Assembly (NCBI GenBank): GCA_043228905.1
Contig: JBHGNT010001343.1
Span: forward strand, 1-9,680
Reading direction: 5' to 3'
DNA from: Azolla caroliniana
Taxonomy: Eukaryota; Plantae; Polypodiophyta
Length of the DNA: 9,680 nt
A program made the translations under genes and the position numbers. The notes under the pieces are model-generated. The model had not been told where the DNA came from and did no database searches. It was given only the letters and a program-made list of their open reading frames with translations. Position 1 is the stretch's first letter. Every line of letters starts with the position of its first letter. This document shows, one piece after another, positions 7,350 through 9,680 of this stretch.

Positions 7350-9055
7350 CGATGGTTTGTGGAGGCATTTTTCCATTTTGTTTGAGTTAACTCGGAGAGA
7401 ACTTCATCAGAAAGCCTTAAAGTCTTCTGTCTCAGTTCAGTCATGTCATGGAGAACATATTTAGCTTTCATGGAAAAACTAGATATTTCCTCTGAGAGGA
7501 GTCTGATTGAATCTGTTTCCTTCTCTGCTTTCGACTGAGTAATGTGAAGTCTTTCTAATTCATTTTCAAACTCTTGCACAACTTTGTTTATCTTCTTCTT
7601 TGCTGTAGTCGCAGCTCCAAGAACAGATTCTTTCTCTCTATGGATATGCTCACACATTTTCATCACCTCAAGCTGTACAGAGGATGTGTCTTTGTCAATG
7701 TTGAGACCATCCTGCAATTTCCCACTTTTTTTCTTAATGTTATCTTCAAGCTTATCCTCCAAAGATTGTGTGAATATATGGCCCTGCTGAAGCTCAAGAA
7801 TTCTGGTTTGTAAGCTTTGAGGGGAAGTTGTCTGCATGGACTCTTCTCTTTTCTGTTTAGAAACTTGAACATGCCTTTCAAGTTCATTAAACCTAGCTTG
7901 AACCTGTGATTTGAGATCTTGGATTTGGGTTCTTACTTCATCTAGCCCGCCTAAGTAAAGCTGAGATAAGCTCTCTACCCTCTCCATGATCAATGTTCCT
8001 TGTCTTGTTGTGAGTTCACTGTTTAAGAAGCTTCTTCGCCCTTTCTCAACATCATCCTTGAATTTTTTCAATGCCTCCAGATCAGAGAAGCCTTGCTTAA
8101 ATGATTTCTCTAGGGTTTGCACCACATGCTTCAGCTCTGATTCCCTATTCCACATGCTTCTGACTTTCTTAACATCAGCAATGAATTCTTTCAATGATTC
8201 TACATCATATTCACCTTGCTTGCATGACTTTTGCAAGTCCCCTACCCTGTTCTTCATGTCATTTTCAGTATTAAAATACGCCTCTTTCCATAGTTGTTCT
8301 AAATCACCTATCCTGTCTTTCAACTCTTTTTCAATCTTCACGATGTTCAATCTATTTTTTTCTATATCAGAATGACTGTCTTTCAATGACTTTTCCAAGC
8401 TCTTTGTCACTTTCTTCACATCCATGTATTCTTTATAAAGCAATTTCTCAAAGCTTTGCATTCCTCCAATTTGATCCTTGCATTGCATCACACCTTCTGT
8501 GTTGATCTTATCAATTGCCAATCTTATCTCACTCATTTGAGCCTCGGTTTCTTTCTTCAGACCATCAAGAATGCATCTGGAGTTCATTCCATCTTTTCTT
8601 ATGGTTTCCAACTCTTCTTTGAAAGCCTTATCATCTTTACACCTCATACTCTCTTTATCTAATTTGGATTTAACTTCTTCAACCAAATTCATCATCGTTT
8701 CCATGTGACCTAGTGTTTTGGCTCTCACTGCTTCACCTTCTCTGTGGAGAGCAGAGAGTTCACTCTGCATTTCACTGATAACCTTCTCCTTTCCTGCACA
8801 AGCAGTCTCCATGAGAAGTGAGAATTGCTTCTCGAGTTTTCCCTCCAGCATTAGGTTTAGCTCTGCTGCTGCTCTCTCACACATATTTTCCTTAGCCATC
8901 TTTTCTTTTAAATCCAGCTCAATGTCTTTCTTCAAATTCCCTACATCAATCTTGATGCTTTCTTCAAATTTCTTCATAGATTCTGCCACAGCTTCATCAA
9001 CTTGCTGCTTTATCTTGGTCTGTAGATTGTTCGAAAACCATGAATCAATGTGTCC
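7350..9055 (-). CDS. coiled-coil protein gene, third visible coding exon (1706 nt), long E/K/L-rich rod
   Basis: 585-codon ORF; acceptor tctcttctcag (AG at 9057-9056), donor GTATAT (7349-7344); phase 0/2; almost proline-free heptad-rich translation. Confidence 0.9.
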
Positions 9056-9246
9056 CTGAGAAGAGACATCATGACCACAACACAATAAGCTAAAATTTTA
9101 TCTACAGGCTTTGGGTGAGCTTTTAGCTAAGAATTACATGCATGAAAAATGCAGTTTCTCTTGTTCGGAAGAAACAAACATAAGCCTCTGAATTAAAGTT
9201 ACTACAAGAAAGAAAAGCAAGTCAATAATAACCTAGAGATACTTAC

Positions 9247-9290
9247 TTCAATAAGAAAATTTGTGGAACCAACAGTTGATTTGAATTCAT
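9247..9290 (-). CDS. coiled-coil protein gene, second visible coding exon (44 nt; DEFKSTVGSTNFLIE)
   Basis: Acceptor tttgcag (9297-9291), perfect donor GTAAGT (9246-9241); phase 1/0 matches both neighbours; not in the ORF track. Confidence 0.8.
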
Positions 9291-9363
9291 CTGCAAACAA
9301 GAAAGGACATGAATTTCGTTAGTATTCCATGCTCAATCAACATAAAAAGATAAATGAACTCTT

Positions 9364-9560
9364 CATCAAACAAGCCAACCTAAGAAGCTGTATTGTATCT
9401 AGTACATTAACAGCTGTATTAAATATAATCAGACATGCCATATATGAATATGTAGTTCACCAATATACAACAAACAGCTATTTTGATCATCAAACAAGCT
9501 ATCTATAGCTATTATAGCATCATCAAAATATATAATCAATCAGCTGTATTGTATCATCAG
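9364..9560. repeat. degenerate intronic repeat of (C)AGCTGTATTGTATC / CATCAAACAAGC motifs
   Basis: agctgtattgtatc at 9386 and 9542, cagctgtatt at 9411, cagctattttgatc at 9475, catcaaacaagc at 9364 and 9488. Confidence 0.6.
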
Positions 9561-9589
9561 TGGTAAATCTCAAGGAAAAGATGTATCAC

Positions 9590-9680
9590 CATCAGCATTA
9601 CGAGAATTGAACATTGGTCTTGAAAAGTTGTCATAATCAGGCAGCTGATGGTTGAGAGTAGAATCATAGTCAAAAACAGG
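9590..9680 (-). CDS. coiled-coil protein gene, first visible coding exon (partial, continues beyond the window)
   Basis: Open frame PVFDYDSTLNHQLPDYDNFSRPMFNSRNAD+G from the window edge to donor GTGATA (9589-9584); the phase-1 G joins AT of the 44-nt exon to give Asp. Confidence 0.7.

Noticed and set aside
5464-9059. Plus-strand ORFs (5464, 6530, 7574, 7584, 7986, 8456, 8718) and alternative-frame ORF 7663..7887
   Set aside because: Ser/Phe/Leu-rich shadows typical of the reverse complement of an E/K-rich coding strand.
1-9680. CRISPR array, operon or prokaryotic defence system
   Set aside because: Sequence is intron-containing eukaryotic DNA with no regularly spaced repeat-spacer structure or cas-like ORFs.

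Overview
AT-rich eukaryotic (land-plant) genomic DNA with spliceosomal GT-AG introns and microsatellites; a fern-like origin is only an impression. The window holds two convergent genes. (1) A plus-strand gene (~2865-4124) encoding a divergent BKI1/MAKR (membrane-associated kinase regulator)-like protein with the C-terminal I-x-GAI-x-HC-x-x-S box. (2) A minus-strand multi-exon gene entering from the right edge, with five phase-compatible coding exons (>=1003 codons), encoding an uncharacterised long coiled-coil protein with internal repeats and a basic disordered tail. The left 2.1 kb is non-genic and mosaic: a CpG-undepleted block (~261-1070), a decayed reading frame with a caulimovirus viroplasmin (Cauli_VI)-like motif followed by tandem G-boxes, a TATA-like box and a hairpin, and a ~280-bp SINE-like segment with a tRNA-like head and A-rich tail. 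All calls were made by eye; no database searches were run.
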